A stretch of 64,000 nt of DNA from the NCBI RefSeq assembly GCF_030409605.1, contig NZ_JAUFQG010000004.1:540430-604429 (forward strand), in the 5' to 3' direction. This stretch comes from Simiduia curdlanivorans. GTDB lineage: Bacteria; Pseudomonadota; Gammaproteobacteria; Pseudomonadales; Cellvibrionaceae. The notes beneath the pieces were generated by a model that was not told the origin of the DNA, did no database searches, and saw nothing but the letters and a program-made list of their open reading frames with translations. Position 1 is the stretch's first letter. Each line of letters opens with the position of its first letter. Below are positions 1-9,138 of the stretch, piece by piece. A program made the position numbers and the translations under genes.

Positions 1-775
1 CATCAAGCGCGGCACCGATCACTTGCTATCGGGCAAAAAAGCCTTGGTGATTGGCTACGGCGATGTGGGCAAAGGTTCTGCAGCGTCACTGCGCCAAGAA
101 GGCATGATTGTGAAGGTCACAGAAATTGACCCTATCTGCGCCATGCAAGCCTGTATGGATGGCTACGAAGTGGTTTCGCCCTACAACAAGGGCGAGAACA
201 CCGGCAAAATTGAAGACATTAATACCACGCTGCTTTCCAACACTGATTTAGTGGTTACCACCACCGGTAACGTTAATGTGTGCGATAGCGCCATGCTGCA
301 ATCATTAAAGAGCAGTGCCGTGGTGTGCAACATCGGCCACTTCGACAACGAAATTGATACCGCCTTCATGCGCAAAAACTGGAGCTGGGAAGAAGTAAAA
401 CCACAGGTACACAAAATCTACCGCGCCGCATCAAAAGAAGCCGCCAACGGCGACCATTTACTATTGCTGTCTGAGGGCCGCTTGGTCAACCTCGGCAACG
501 CCACCGGCCACCCATCGCGCATCATGGACGGCTCTTTCGCCAACCAGGTGCTAGCTCAAATGTATTTGTTTGAGCGCAAGTTCGCCGATTTAAGTGCTGC
601 CGATAAAGCGGCCGGCATCTATGTAAAAGTATTACCGAAAAAACTCGACGAAGAAGTCGCCAAGGATATGGTGGAAGGTTTCGGTGGCGTGATGACCAAG
701 CTCACCAGCGCACAAGCGAAGTACATAGGCGTGAAAGCCGATGGCCCTTATAAGCCAGAAAGCTATAAGTATTAA
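1..775 (+). CDS. ahcY: adenosylhomocysteinase, C-terminal ~255 aa (5' end outside window)
   Basis: ORF 23..775 is open to the window edge. Translation has the NAD-binding motif [13 protein letters not shown] and the conserved SAHH C-terminus ending KPESYKY. It is followed by metF, as in the Pseudomonas ahcY-metF arrangement. Confidence 0.9.
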   Translation, partial: IKRGTDHLLSGKKALVIGYGDVGKGSAASLRQEGMIVKVTEIDPICAMQACMDGYEVVSPYNKGENTGKIEDINTTLLSNTDLVVTTTGNVNVCDSAMLQSLKSSAVVCNIGHFDNEIDTAFMRKNWSWEEVKPQVHKIYRAASKEAANGDHLLLLSEGRLVNLGNATGHPSRIMDGSFANQVLAQMYLFERKFADLSAADKAAGIYVKVLPKKLDEEVAKDMVEGFGGVMTKLTSAQAKYIGVKADGPYKPESYKY

Positions 776-826
776 CTAGCTACAAGGCGGGGGGCCGCCC
801 CCTACAAGCTACAAGCTAAAAAATCA
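776..826. repeat. GC-rich hairpin flanked by CTACAAG heptamer direct repeats (terminator or REP-like) between ahcY and metF
   Basis: Sequence ctagCTACAAGgcggggggccgcccCCTACAAGCTACAAGctaaaaaa lies immediately after the ahcY stop: a G6/C5 inverted segment with three copies of CTACAAG. Confidence 0.4.
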
Positions 827-841
827 CAGGATATTACAAAA

Positions 842-1678
842 ATGAGCGATGATGTTCGCATAAGCTTTGAGTTTTTCCCGCCTAAAACAGCTGAAGGCAA
901 AGCCAAGCTGCATAAGGTGCGGGAAGAGCTGCAGGGTTTTGATCCCGATTTTTACTCCGTCACTTACGGTGCCGGCGGCACCACCCGCGACACCACAAAA
1001 GGCGTGGTTAAAACGCTGATCGAGCAAGGCATTAGCGCTGCGCCACACCTGTCTTTCGGGGGCGACGACGAAGCCGCCGTGCTGTCTTTGCTCTCCGAGT
1101 ATAAAGACGCCGGTGTCGATCGCATTGTTGCGCTACGCGGCGACTTACCCTCAGGCATGGGCGGCCATTCACAACTGGTGTACGCCAATCAGCTGGTTAG
1201 CTTTATTCGGAAAAACTTTGGCGATCACTTCCATTTAGAAGTGGCGGCCTACCCAGAAATTCACCCGGAAGCAAAAAGTTACAGCGCCGATATCAACTAC
1301 CTAAAAGGTAAGTTCGATGCCGGCGCCAACAGCGCCATCACCCAATATTTTTTCAACCCAGACGCCTATTTCCACTTTTTGGAACAGTGTCACGACGCCG
1401 GTATTGATGCGCCTATTTACCCAGGCATTATGCCCATCATTAACTACCGCAATTTAGCACGTTTTTCCGACAGCTGTGGCGCTGAAATTCCGCGCTGGCT
1501 GCGCAAGCGGCTGGAAAGTTTTGGCGATGATAACGAATCACTGCAAGCCTTTGGTGTCGACCTAGTCACCGAACTGTGCGACACCTTGTTGGAAAATGGT
1601 GCGCCGGGTTTACATTTTTACACCATGAACCAGACCAACCCCACCGCACAAATTTTGAAAAATTTAAGCGGCGAATAA
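842..1678 (+). CDS. metF: 5,10-methylenetetrahydrofolate reductase
   Basis: 278 aa with an ATG start. Translation (FEFFPPKT, YSVTYGAGG, RIVALRGD, GIMPI) is collinear with MetF/MTHFR over its full length. Confidence 0.9.
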   Translation: MSDDVRISFEFFPPKTAEGKAKLHKVREELQGFDPDFYSVTYGAGGTTRDTTKGVVKTLIEQGISAAPHLSFGGDDEAAVLSLLSEYKDAGVDRIVALRGDLPSGMGGHSQLVYANQLVSFIRKNFGDHFHLEVAAYPEIHPEAKSYSADINYLKGKFDAGANSAITQYFFNPDAYFHFLEQCHDAGIDAPIYPGIMPIINYRNLARFSDSCGAEIPRWLRKRLESFGDDNESLQAFGVDLVTELCDTLLENGAPGLHFYTMNQTNPTAQILKNLSGE

Positions 1679-1682
1679 CGGC

Positions 1683-2408
1683 ATGCGCATACCACGCCTA
1701 TACGTTAACCAAGATCTTGCAACCGGCGCGGTGCTAGACCTAGACAGCGACGCCAGTCGCTATCTAGGTAGCGTGTTGCGCATGGAAGCGGGCAGGCCGT
1801 TGATTGTGTTTAATGGCCAGGGCGGTGAATACCTCGCCATGATAAAAACGGCCAGCAAGAAAAATGTCAGCATCGGCATCGGCAAACACAACGCCGAAAA
1901 TCGCAGCTCGCCCTTGGATATTCACCTCGGTATTGGCTTGTCGAAAGGCGATAGATTCGACTGGGTTATTCAAAAGGCAACAGAACTGGGCGTCAACACC
2001 ATCACGCCGTTAATCACCAGCCGCACCGACGTAAAGCTCAATAGCGAGCGGCAGGATAAAAAGTTGCAGCACTGGCAGCAAATTGCCATCAGTGCCAGCG
2101 AGCAATGCCAACGCAATTTGATTCCCACCATCGCCAGCCCGAGTAACACCAGCGATTGGCTAAGCCAGCGGGATGAGACATTAAAGTTAGTGCTACATCA
2201 TCGCAGCGATAAAAAGCTCGCCCAGCACCTCAAACCCACATCGGTGGCATTGATTATTGGCCCAGAGGGCGGCTTGGATGACGATGAAATTGCACTCGCG
2301 CTCAGCCAAGGCTTTCAAGCACTGACGCTTGGGCCCAGAGTTTTTCGTACAGAAACAGCACCCATGGCGGCGCTGACCTTACTGCAATACGAGTGGGGCG
2401 ATTTTTAA
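1683..2408 (+). CDS. rsmE: 16S rRNA (uracil1498-N3)-methyltransferase RsmE
   Basis: 241 aa starting 5 bp after the metF stop. The N-terminal PUA-like region (RLYVNQDL) and C-terminal SPOUT motifs (IIGPEGGL, LGPRVFRTETA) are typical of RsmE. Confidence 0.8.
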   Translation: MRIPRLYVNQDLATGAVLDLDSDASRYLGSVLRMEAGRPLIVFNGQGGEYLAMIKTASKKNVSIGIGKHNAENRSSPLDIHLGIGLSKGDRFDWVIQKATELGVNTITPLITSRTDVKLNSERQDKKLQHWQQIAISASEQCQRNLIPTIASPSNTSDWLSQRDETLKLVLHHRSDKKLAQHLKPTSVALIIGPEGGLDDDEIALALSQGFQALTLGPRVFRTETAPMAALTLLQYEWGDF

Positions 2409-2470
2409 TTCTTCTTTCGATTTTTAAGTGGTGCGCTTTACTAGACGCTTGTGTGGATCGAGCCATTGCC

Positions 2471-2989
2471 TCAATCGGCTTTCAGCAGTTCGACAAGTTT
2501 ATTCACCGTATTTAAGTTGCGCGCCGTAGTAGGCACACCTAAGCAGGCCTCTACTTTGGCCGCTAATTTAGAGCGGCCTATACCATCGGGTGCATGCAAG
2601 TAAAATACCTTCCCCACTAGCTCATAGCGCTCAGTTACCGCGGCAAGACTTTGCAAGCGTTCGGCATCTAACCTTGGCGCGGTATTGCAAAAGTAGAAAT
2701 GCAAGCTTTTACCGTCTTCGGTTGTAAACGGATTACGTTTCACCGTGTTTAGAAATTCCGCTTCGCTCAGCGACATAATCGCTGGCACAAACCCAAACCG
2801 CCGCTCAATCATGTGCGACAGTTTATCATCTGGCCGCTGTGCAGCGCTCAGCACGACGTTACCGCTCTGAATATAGGTTTTCACATTTTGGTAATGTTCA
2901 GCGTCCAACAACTCGCACAAGGCCTTCATAGGCAAAGTGTTTTTTCCACCCACATTAATGCCGCGCAACAAGATCACGTACTTTTTCAT
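2471..2989 (-). CDS. DUF1697 family protein
   Basis: 172-aa ORF convergent with rsmE. The start ILLRGINVGGKN is the signature N-terminus of the DUF1697 family. Confidence 0.65.
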   Translation of the reverse strand: MKKYVILLRGINVGGKNTLPMKALCELLDAEHYQNVKTYIQSGNVVLSAAQRPDDKLSHMIERRFGFVPAIMSLSEAEFLNTVKRNPFTTEDGKSLHFYFCNTAPRLDAERLQSLAAVTERYELVGKVFYLHAPDGIGRSKLAAKVEACLGVPTTARNLNTVNKLVELLKAD

Positions 2990-3050
2990 TTGCCCACCAA
3001 GATCGGGATAACATCTAAAGCGCTAGCCGATTTCAAAAAAACAATGCCGG

Positions 3051-4796
3051 CTAGGATGTAGCCGGTTGCGCCTCATCAGTTCGCCGCGCTAACTCGGGCA
3101 GCTGATAGAAACATACCCTATCTTTGCCTTCATGTTTTGCCTGGTAGAGCGCCGTATCGGCCGCCTCAAACAAAGCGCTTGGGCTATCGAGCGCATCTTC
3201 CGTGCAGCAGGCAACACCTAAGCTAATGGTGACATGCAAACCTTTAATGGGCGACGCCTTCACCAAACAGCGCAAGCGCTCCGCCAGCACACCGGCCTGC
3301 TCCATGCCGGTATTTGGCACCAATACGGCGAACTCTTCGCCACCGTAGCGGCAGGCTAGGGTTGGGCGGCGAACATGTTTGCGCAAAATGCGGCCTAACT
3401 CTTCAATCACCTCATCGCCACTGGTGTGGCCGTGATCGTCATTCACTGCTTTAAAATTATCGATATCGATAACAATCAGCGACAGTGGCTTTTTTGTGCG
3501 CTTGGCCTTGTCAATTTCCCGCGGCAGCACTTCGTCGAAATGACGACGGTTCGCCAGAGCCGTTAAGGCGTCGGAATAGCCGAGCTTTTGCATTTCATTA
3601 ACCCGGGCACTCAAGGCTAAAGATAACAGCACCATTTCCAACAGAGAGCCCATTTGGAAGCTGTTCTGCGTGACAAAATTATGAGGCAAGAAACCGAACT
3701 GTTTGAACATATAGATAAGCACGGATACCAAGAGCGTAGCCCAGGCCACCATGAAATAACGAGCCGGCACAGAGCCGCGCAATAACACTAATGACCCCAG
3801 CAGCAATATACAAAAACACACCAGCACGGTGAGCAGTGAGTAGGCAAAAATTAAATCTTGATAACCCAAAAATGGTGTCACCAACAGTAGGGTCGCCGTC
3901 ACTACTTGCAACACAACAGCGATTCGATCGGTGCGCGGCACCCAGTGCTGGGTCGAACATACCACGCGGGAAAACTTTAACCCGAAGAGCAGTGAAACGC
4001 CGAGTAATAGCAGTAAACTTTGATTGGCAAGCCAGGGGCTATTGGGCCAAATATATTGAAACGCAAAGCCGTTATGTACCGACATATAAAGCCCGTAACT
4101 CACCACATACACCATGTAATAGATGTAGGCGCGATCTTTTACCGCCAAAAACAAAATTAGGTTATAAATAACTAAAACTAAAAAGCCACCGTAATAAGCG
4201 CCAAATAACAGCTGTTCACCGCTAACGCGGCTCAGGGTGTGGCCAGTATCCGCAATGGACAAACCAATGTTCATCGGGCCATCGGATTTAAAGCGGAAGT
4301 AAACAGTCTTATCGCTATTGGCCGGCACAGTTACGGGAAAGAGAAAATCACGCACGCCCACGGCGCGGGCATCAAATACTCGCCTGTCGCCGGTGGAGGT
4401 GGCGCGCCACACCCCAGCTAGGTCTTGATCCCAGAAGTCCACATAATCGATGAGCGGATAATCTTGTCGAATCATCAATGCCGCATCAGTAGTTTTGGGG
4501 TTGTGTAACTTAAGCGACACCCAGTAGGCAGAATGGCTGAAACCAAAATTAGCGGCTGTTCTCGCCAGCGGTTGCAAACGTGTAGCCGACTCCTGCAGCA
4601 GCTGCGGAAACTCGATCTCGGCCGCCTCCTCAATATATAGATTGATATCTTGAGTTAAGTCCGTGGTTGGCATGCTGGCAAATACCAGCACGGCAGAATC
4701 CTCTCGCAGTTGATTCGCCGCTTGTTCAGCGCCGGCTTGGCTCGGCAGCAGCAAAGGGAGAATGCTGATCATCAGGGTTAGAATTATTTTTTTCAT
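3051..4796 (-). CDS. sensor diguanylate cyclase, 7TMR-DISMED2 periplasmic domain + 7TM-DISM + GGDEF
   Basis: The ORF runs to 4997, but Met68 (MKKIILTLMISILPLLLPSQAGA) gives a clean signal peptide, so I place the start at ~4796. After a periplasmic region there are seven hydrophobic segments and then a GGDEF domain with RYGGEEF. Confidence 0.85.
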   Translation of the reverse strand: MKKIILTLMISILPLLLPSQAGAEQAANQLREDSAVLVFASMPTTDLTQDINLYIEEAAEIEFPQLLQESATRLQPLARTAANFGFSHSAYWVSLKLHNPKTTDAALMIRQDYPLIDYVDFWDQDLAGVWRATSTGDRRVFDARAVGVRDFLFPVTVPANSDKTVYFRFKSDGPMNIGLSIADTGHTLSRVSGEQLLFGAYYGGFLVLVIYNLILFLAVKDRAYIYYMVYVVSYGLYMSVHNGFAFQYIWPNSPWLANQSLLLLLGVSLLFGLKFSRVVCSTQHWVPRTDRIAVVLQVVTATLLLVTPFLGYQDLIFAYSLLTVLVCFCILLLGSLVLLRGSVPARYFMVAWATLLVSVLIYMFKQFGFLPHNFVTQNSFQMGSLLEMVLLSLALSARVNEMQKLGYSDALTALANRRHFDEVLPREIDKAKRTKKPLSLIVIDIDNFKAVNDDHGHTSGDEVIEELGRILRKHVRRPTLACRYGGEEFAVLVPNTGMEQAGVLAERLRCLVKASPIKGLHVTISLGVACCTEDALDSPSALFEAADTALYQAKHEGKDRVCFYQLPELARRTDEAQPATS

Positions 4797-5074
4797 TTCA
4801 CAACCTAATTGAGGGCGAACATCTTCATGTGCACAACAGCACAGCCAACCGCACCGAAGATGGAAAACACAAGCAAGTGAGATCAAGGGTGCGAAGGGTG
4901 GCGCACTATTATTTTGTTGATTTAGGCGACATAACGCAACTAAACCCACAATGGCCGAGGTTATTCCAGTAGCAATAACTAAAACGCAATATAACAAGTC
5001 TTGCCAGGTTTCGTGAACTTAGTGCGCAAATATGTTAAAAAGCGCGCTTGGGTGAAAATAATAAGGATCACACA

Positions 5075-6733
5075 GTGACCACTAAGACTTGGGGTAGCCG
5101 ATGCGTAGGTGTATTGGCGTTAGCCGTCTGTATTTCCGCTTGCGACAATCACGATACCAGCCACAACAACAAAGCGCCTAGCACTAACGCTGCAGGCCTT
5201 ACCTTGCTGGCGCAAAATTGGAGCGATCAAGATCGCGAAGTAGCTTGGTTCACCTCCTTCGGTTCTCGGGTGATGCCCTACTCGTGGTTTTTAGCACTGG
5301 AGCAGGCGGCTAACCAGCTACCGTTTAACCAAGTCGCGCACATGGAAAGCTTCGGCTTTTCGATGCCGGGGGCGAGCGAGGCAAACCCGGATAATGTCGC
5401 CATAGGCCTTACCAAAACACCCGAGCGCGATGGCCACGAATGGATCGGGCTGGGCTGCTCTGGCTGCCACTCGGGCCAAGTTCACTATCGAGGCACGCGC
5501 CTACACATAGACGGCGGCGCGGCACTGATCGATTTTCAAGGTTTTGAACAAGCGGCTATCGATGCACTTGCTGCCACCCTCGACGACAGCGAAAAGCTGC
5601 AGCGCTTTGCCGCTAAATTAGGCCTAAGCAATATCGACGACCTGGCCGCCGAGCTTGCTAGCTGGACCGATTCACTGATTGCGCGGCAAACCATTAACCG
5701 CACCGAGAGTGATTATGGCTATGGCCGGCTCGACGCCTTCGGGCAAATTTTTAATGCCGTGGCGGTTGAGTTTCTCGGCATCGACGAAAACCGCCGCGAC
5801 CCGAATGCGCCGGTGAGCTACCCAGTGCTGTGGGATGCCTCACATCTAGATTTAGTGCAGTGGAACGCCTCAGCACCCAATGCAGGGCCTGGCCCTATCG
5901 TCCAAAATGCCACCACGGCGCTCGCGGTTTTCGGCCACATGGATATCGAAAAATCCGGCAACGGCTTTGGCTTTGCCTCCAACGTGGAAGTGGGTAATTT
6001 AGGCGCGATTCAAGATGCCTGGTACCAACTAACCGCACCCCAGTGGCCCGAATCCATCCTTGGCACAATAGACCAAACCTTGGCCGCGCAAGGTCGCGCC
6101 ATTTACGCCGAAAACTGCTTGGCCTGCCACGCACTGTCAGATCGCAATGATCCAAAACGGCGCATCAAGGCCAGCGCCGTCGCCCTCGATGTGGTTGGCA
6201 CAGATCCAGCCATGGCGGAAAATTTTGCCCATGCCACCGCCAAGGCCGGCGCCTTCGCCGGCAAAAAATTGATGTTTATTGCTGGCCCGGTGATTGAAGA
6301 AGAATCACCCACTATTTTACTCGTGGCCCACGCGGCCATGGGCGCCCTGCTCGACAAACCCTTCTCGGCGCTGTGGCAGGGTGTGCTGAGTATGCATTCG
6401 GTGATCGAAGCACCCGTCGACCCGCTGCCGCTCTATTACAAGGCCAGGCCGCTGTCGGGCATTTGGGCCTCGGCCCCTTATCTGCACAACGGTTCGGTCA
6501 TGAGCTTGGCCGATTTATTAGAGCAACCAGCGCAAAGAGCAAGTCGCTTTTTTGTCGGCAGGGTTGAGTTTGATCCCATCAACGTCGGCCTAAGCAGCCA
6601 AGTGCTAGCCCCAAATCAAGTGTCTGAATTGAACACCGAGCTGCACGGCAACAGCAATGCCGGCCACCTTTTTGGCACGGCTCTGGCTAGCTCAGACAAA
6701 CGCGCGCTGCTCGAATATTTGAAAACACTGTAG
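5075..6733 (+). CDS. di-heme c-type cytochrome lipoprotein, CCP/MauG-superfamily-like, unusually long (~550 aa)
   Basis: A GTG at aa 10 of ORF 5048..6733 is preceded by AAGGA. There is a signal peptide with lipobox ISAC. Two CxxCH motifs (CSGCH, CLACH) lie ~215 aa apart. A PYLHNGSV motif near the C-terminus resembles the conserved P-Y-F/M-H-N/D-G motif at the second heme of cytochrome c peroxidase/MauG enzymes. Confidence 0.7.
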   Translation: MTTKTWGSRCVGVLALAVCISACDNHDTSHNNKAPSTNAAGLTLLAQNWSDQDREVAWFTSFGSRVMPYSWFLALEQAANQLPFNQVAHMESFGFSMPGASEANPDNVAIGLTKTPERDGHEWIGLGCSGCHSGQVHYRGTRLHIDGGAALIDFQGFEQAAIDALAATLDDSEKLQRFAAKLGLSNIDDLAAELASWTDSLIARQTINRTESDYGYGRLDAFGQIFNAVAVEFLGIDENRRDPNAPVSYPVLWDASHLDLVQWNASAPNAGPGPIVQNATTALAVFGHMDIEKSGNGFGFASNVEVGNLGAIQDAWYQLTAPQWPESILGTIDQTLAAQGRAIYAENCLACHALSDRNDPKRRIKASAVALDVVGTDPAMAENFAHATAKAGAFAGKKLMFIAGPVIEEESPTILLVAHAAMGALLDKPFSALWQGVLSMHSVIEAPVDPLPLYYKARPLSGIWASAPYLHNGSVMSLADLLEQPAQRASRFFVGRVEFDPINVGLSSQVLAPNQVSELNTELHGNSNAGHLFGTALASSDKRALLEYLKTL

Positions 6734-6855
6734 CGCGCGGTACAGGAAGATTTATCCCGCCGCGGCAAAAATTTTTACTGCGGCACGGGCGTCGCCCGTT
6801 AAAGCAGCAACATTATTCTAACTATCTGATGTCAGCCTTTCGTAAGGATTACGCT

Positions 6856-9138
6856 ATGCTCAACTTTCTGAAAAAACTGCTAACCTCGCGCTGGCTTTGG
6901 CGTGTGATTATGTTGCTGGCAGTGCTCGCAGCGCTGGCCGTTCTGGCCTTCGTGTATTTCGTGCAGAGCAGCAAGGGCATCCAACCGCCGGAAGAGCACA
7001 CAGACAAAACCGTGTATTTAAATCAGAATTGGGGGGTGCAAGAGCGCGACACTTACTACTATTCGCCCCAAGGTACAGCGGTACCCCAAGGCGCCACCTT
7101 GGGCGCAGTGCGCTACGAATGGTTTGTCAATTTAGAGCTGCCGCTGTCTACCGAGCGCTTTGCTAGCCCGAGCAATATGCGCCGGTTTAAATTTTTAGTA
7201 GATCCAGCCCCCACACCGGCCAACCCAGATCACCTGCCCGTGGGCTTCACCAAACACTTCGATCAAAACATAGGCGACACCGTATTAGACATCACCTGCG
7301 CGGCCTGCCACACCGGCGAGCTGCACTACCAAAAAGACGGTGTTAATTACGCGCTGCGGGTCGACGGCGGCCAAGCCATGCACGCCTTCACCGACTTAAA
7401 CCGCGGCACCTTTGGCCCCACATTGATTACCGCGCTGCTGGAAACTTACGTCAACCCGGCTAAATTCAATCGCTTTGCCGATAAGGTATTAGCCGAAGGC
7501 GGCGACCGCGATTTACTCAAGCAACAGCTGGGTAAAAACCTCGGCGCGTTTTTAAGCATCAAACAAAATAACCCGCTCAAACATTTGTACCCCACACGGG
7601 AAGGCTATGGCCGCACAGATGCCCTAGGTCGCATTGCCAACACCCTGTTTGGCGATCACTTAATTGAAAGCAACATGCAGGTATCAGCAGCGCCAGTGAG
7701 CTACCCCTTCCTGTGGAATATTTGGAAATTTAACTGGGTGCAATACAACGGCTCGGTGGCACAACCCTTAGCGCGCAACGTGGGCGAAGCCTTAGGCGTG
7801 GGTGCGCATATTCCCCTGCGCAGCCCCGAGGGCGCGCCACTGCCCGCCGCTGAAATGTTCCGCAGCTCCGTGCGCATTGCCGATATTGAAAAAATCGAAC
7901 TGGCGCTGCAAAAACTTGTTGAACCCGAGTGGCCGAGCGATATTTTCGGCGCCGTTAATCAACCACTAGCCGAACAGGGCGAGACCTTATTTAAACAACA
8001 CTGCGTCGAGTGTCATGGCCCGCACGTGGCGAGCAAAGCGCGTCAGATGCAAGAAGCACCGCTGAAAAAATCTGTACACGATCAGTGGTTGATTGAAGTC
8101 ATCGAGCTAGATCATATTGGCACAGACGCCAATGCGGCACAGGGTTTCGTGGAAAAAACTTACGACTTATCGCCCGCAGGCATTACCAAAGACACCATTC
8201 ACCAAGTGCTCTACCCGCTATTTGAGCGCCGCCTAGCGCGCGATGTGTTGGCGCGCCTACAAACCCTGGCGATAACAGAACAACTAAGTGAGGAAGCGCG
8301 CGCGGCCTTCGCGGCGCTGGCGGCGCAATACCCGCCGGCCGATCATTTAGCCGATGCCGGTTTCGAGCCCTCGCCCTTTCCCGCCATCCTGGCGGCGCTA
8401 AATCAATTCGATTTAAAACCCAGCTACAGCCAAACCGTGGATAGCCAAGCCTATAAACAGCTTAACTGCGGCTTCAAATGCCAAGTGAATGCGCTCTGGT
8501 GGGACATTAATTTTGGCCGCGAGGCCAATACCAAGCTGGTTAGTAGTTTAGATCCCACTAAGCTCACCGAGGGCTTGGGCTTAAATATCATTGGCCTGTT
8601 AATCAAAAACCGCTACTACCAAGACAACAACCTAAGCTACGAACAAATTCAATGCTTGGAAGGTTTCGGCACCTTGGATTTACCGCAGCAGATTGCCGGC
8701 TATAAACCGCGCCCACTGGCTGGCGTTTGGGCCACGCCGCCGTTTCTGCACAACGGCTCCGTGCCCACAATTTATCAAATGCTGATGCCGCCCGAGCAGC
8801 GCGATAAACGCTTCTTCGTCGGCCGCCGCGATTACGACCCAGTGCATTTAGGCTATATCTCTAGCCCGGCGACCGACGCTGAAACCGACGGCCTCTGGTT
8901 CGACACCAGCATTAGCGGCAACCACAATACCGGGCATGGTTTCAGCGCCACACCCGAGCAGTGGGCGGCCTACAAAGGCGACTATAAAAACAACCCGCTG
9001 CCGAAGGGTATTATTGGCCCACTGCTGAGCCACGAGCAGCGCCTCGCATTAATCGAATACCTAAAAATTCATCGCGATAACCCAGCTGGTTATCAATTTG
9101 AGCCGGCGCCCAGCTGCCTCGCGAGCAGCGCTCTGTGA
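6856..9138 (+). CDS. di-heme c-type cytochrome, CCP/MauG-superfamily-like, N-terminal membrane anchor, 760 aa (paralog of the preceding gene)
   Basis: An ATG at aa 10 of ORF 6829 is preceded by AAGGA. One N-terminal transmembrane helix precedes CAACH and CVECH motifs and PFLHNGSV. The C-terminus (LIEYLKIH) matches the LLEYLKTL end of the upstream paralog. Confidence 0.75.
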   Translation: MLNFLKKLLTSRWLWRVIMLLAVLAALAVLAFVYFVQSSKGIQPPEEHTDKTVYLNQNWGVQERDTYYYSPQGTAVPQGATLGAVRYEWFVNLELPLSTERFASPSNMRRFKFLVDPAPTPANPDHLPVGFTKHFDQNIGDTVLDITCAACHTGELHYQKDGVNYALRVDGGQAMHAFTDLNRGTFGPTLITALLETYVNPAKFNRFADKVLAEGGDRDLLKQQLGKNLGAFLSIKQNNPLKHLYPTREGYGRTDALGRIANTLFGDHLIESNMQVSAAPVSYPFLWNIWKFNWVQYNGSVAQPLARNVGEALGVGAHIPLRSPEGAPLPAAEMFRSSVRIADIEKIELALQKLVEPEWPSDIFGAVNQPLAEQGETLFKQHCVECHGPHVASKARQMQEAPLKKSVHDQWLIEVIELDHIGTDANAAQGFVEKTYDLSPAGITKDTIHQVLYPLFERRLARDVLARLQTLAITEQLSEEARAAFAALAAQYPPADHLADAGFEPSPFPAILAALNQFDLKPSYSQTVDSQAYKQLNCGFKCQVNALWWDINFGREANTKLVSSLDPTKLTEGLGLNIIGLLIKNRYYQDNNLSYEQIQCLEGFGTLDLPQQIAGYKPRPLAGVWATPPFLHNGSVPTIYQMLMPPEQRDKRFFVGRRDYDPVHLGYISSPATDAETDGLWFDTSISGNHNTGHGFSATPEQWAAYKGDYKNNPLPKGIIGPLLSHEQRLALIEYLKIHRDNPAGYQFEPAPSCLASSAL

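Noticed and set aside
4797-4997. N-terminal 67-codon extension of the GGDEF ORF (MLYCVLVIATG...CCCAHEDV)
   Set aside because: It is Cys-rich and hydrophobic. The downstream Met gives a canonical signal peptide (MKKIILTLMISILPLLLPSQAGA), so the upstream stretch is most likely non-coding promoter sequence.
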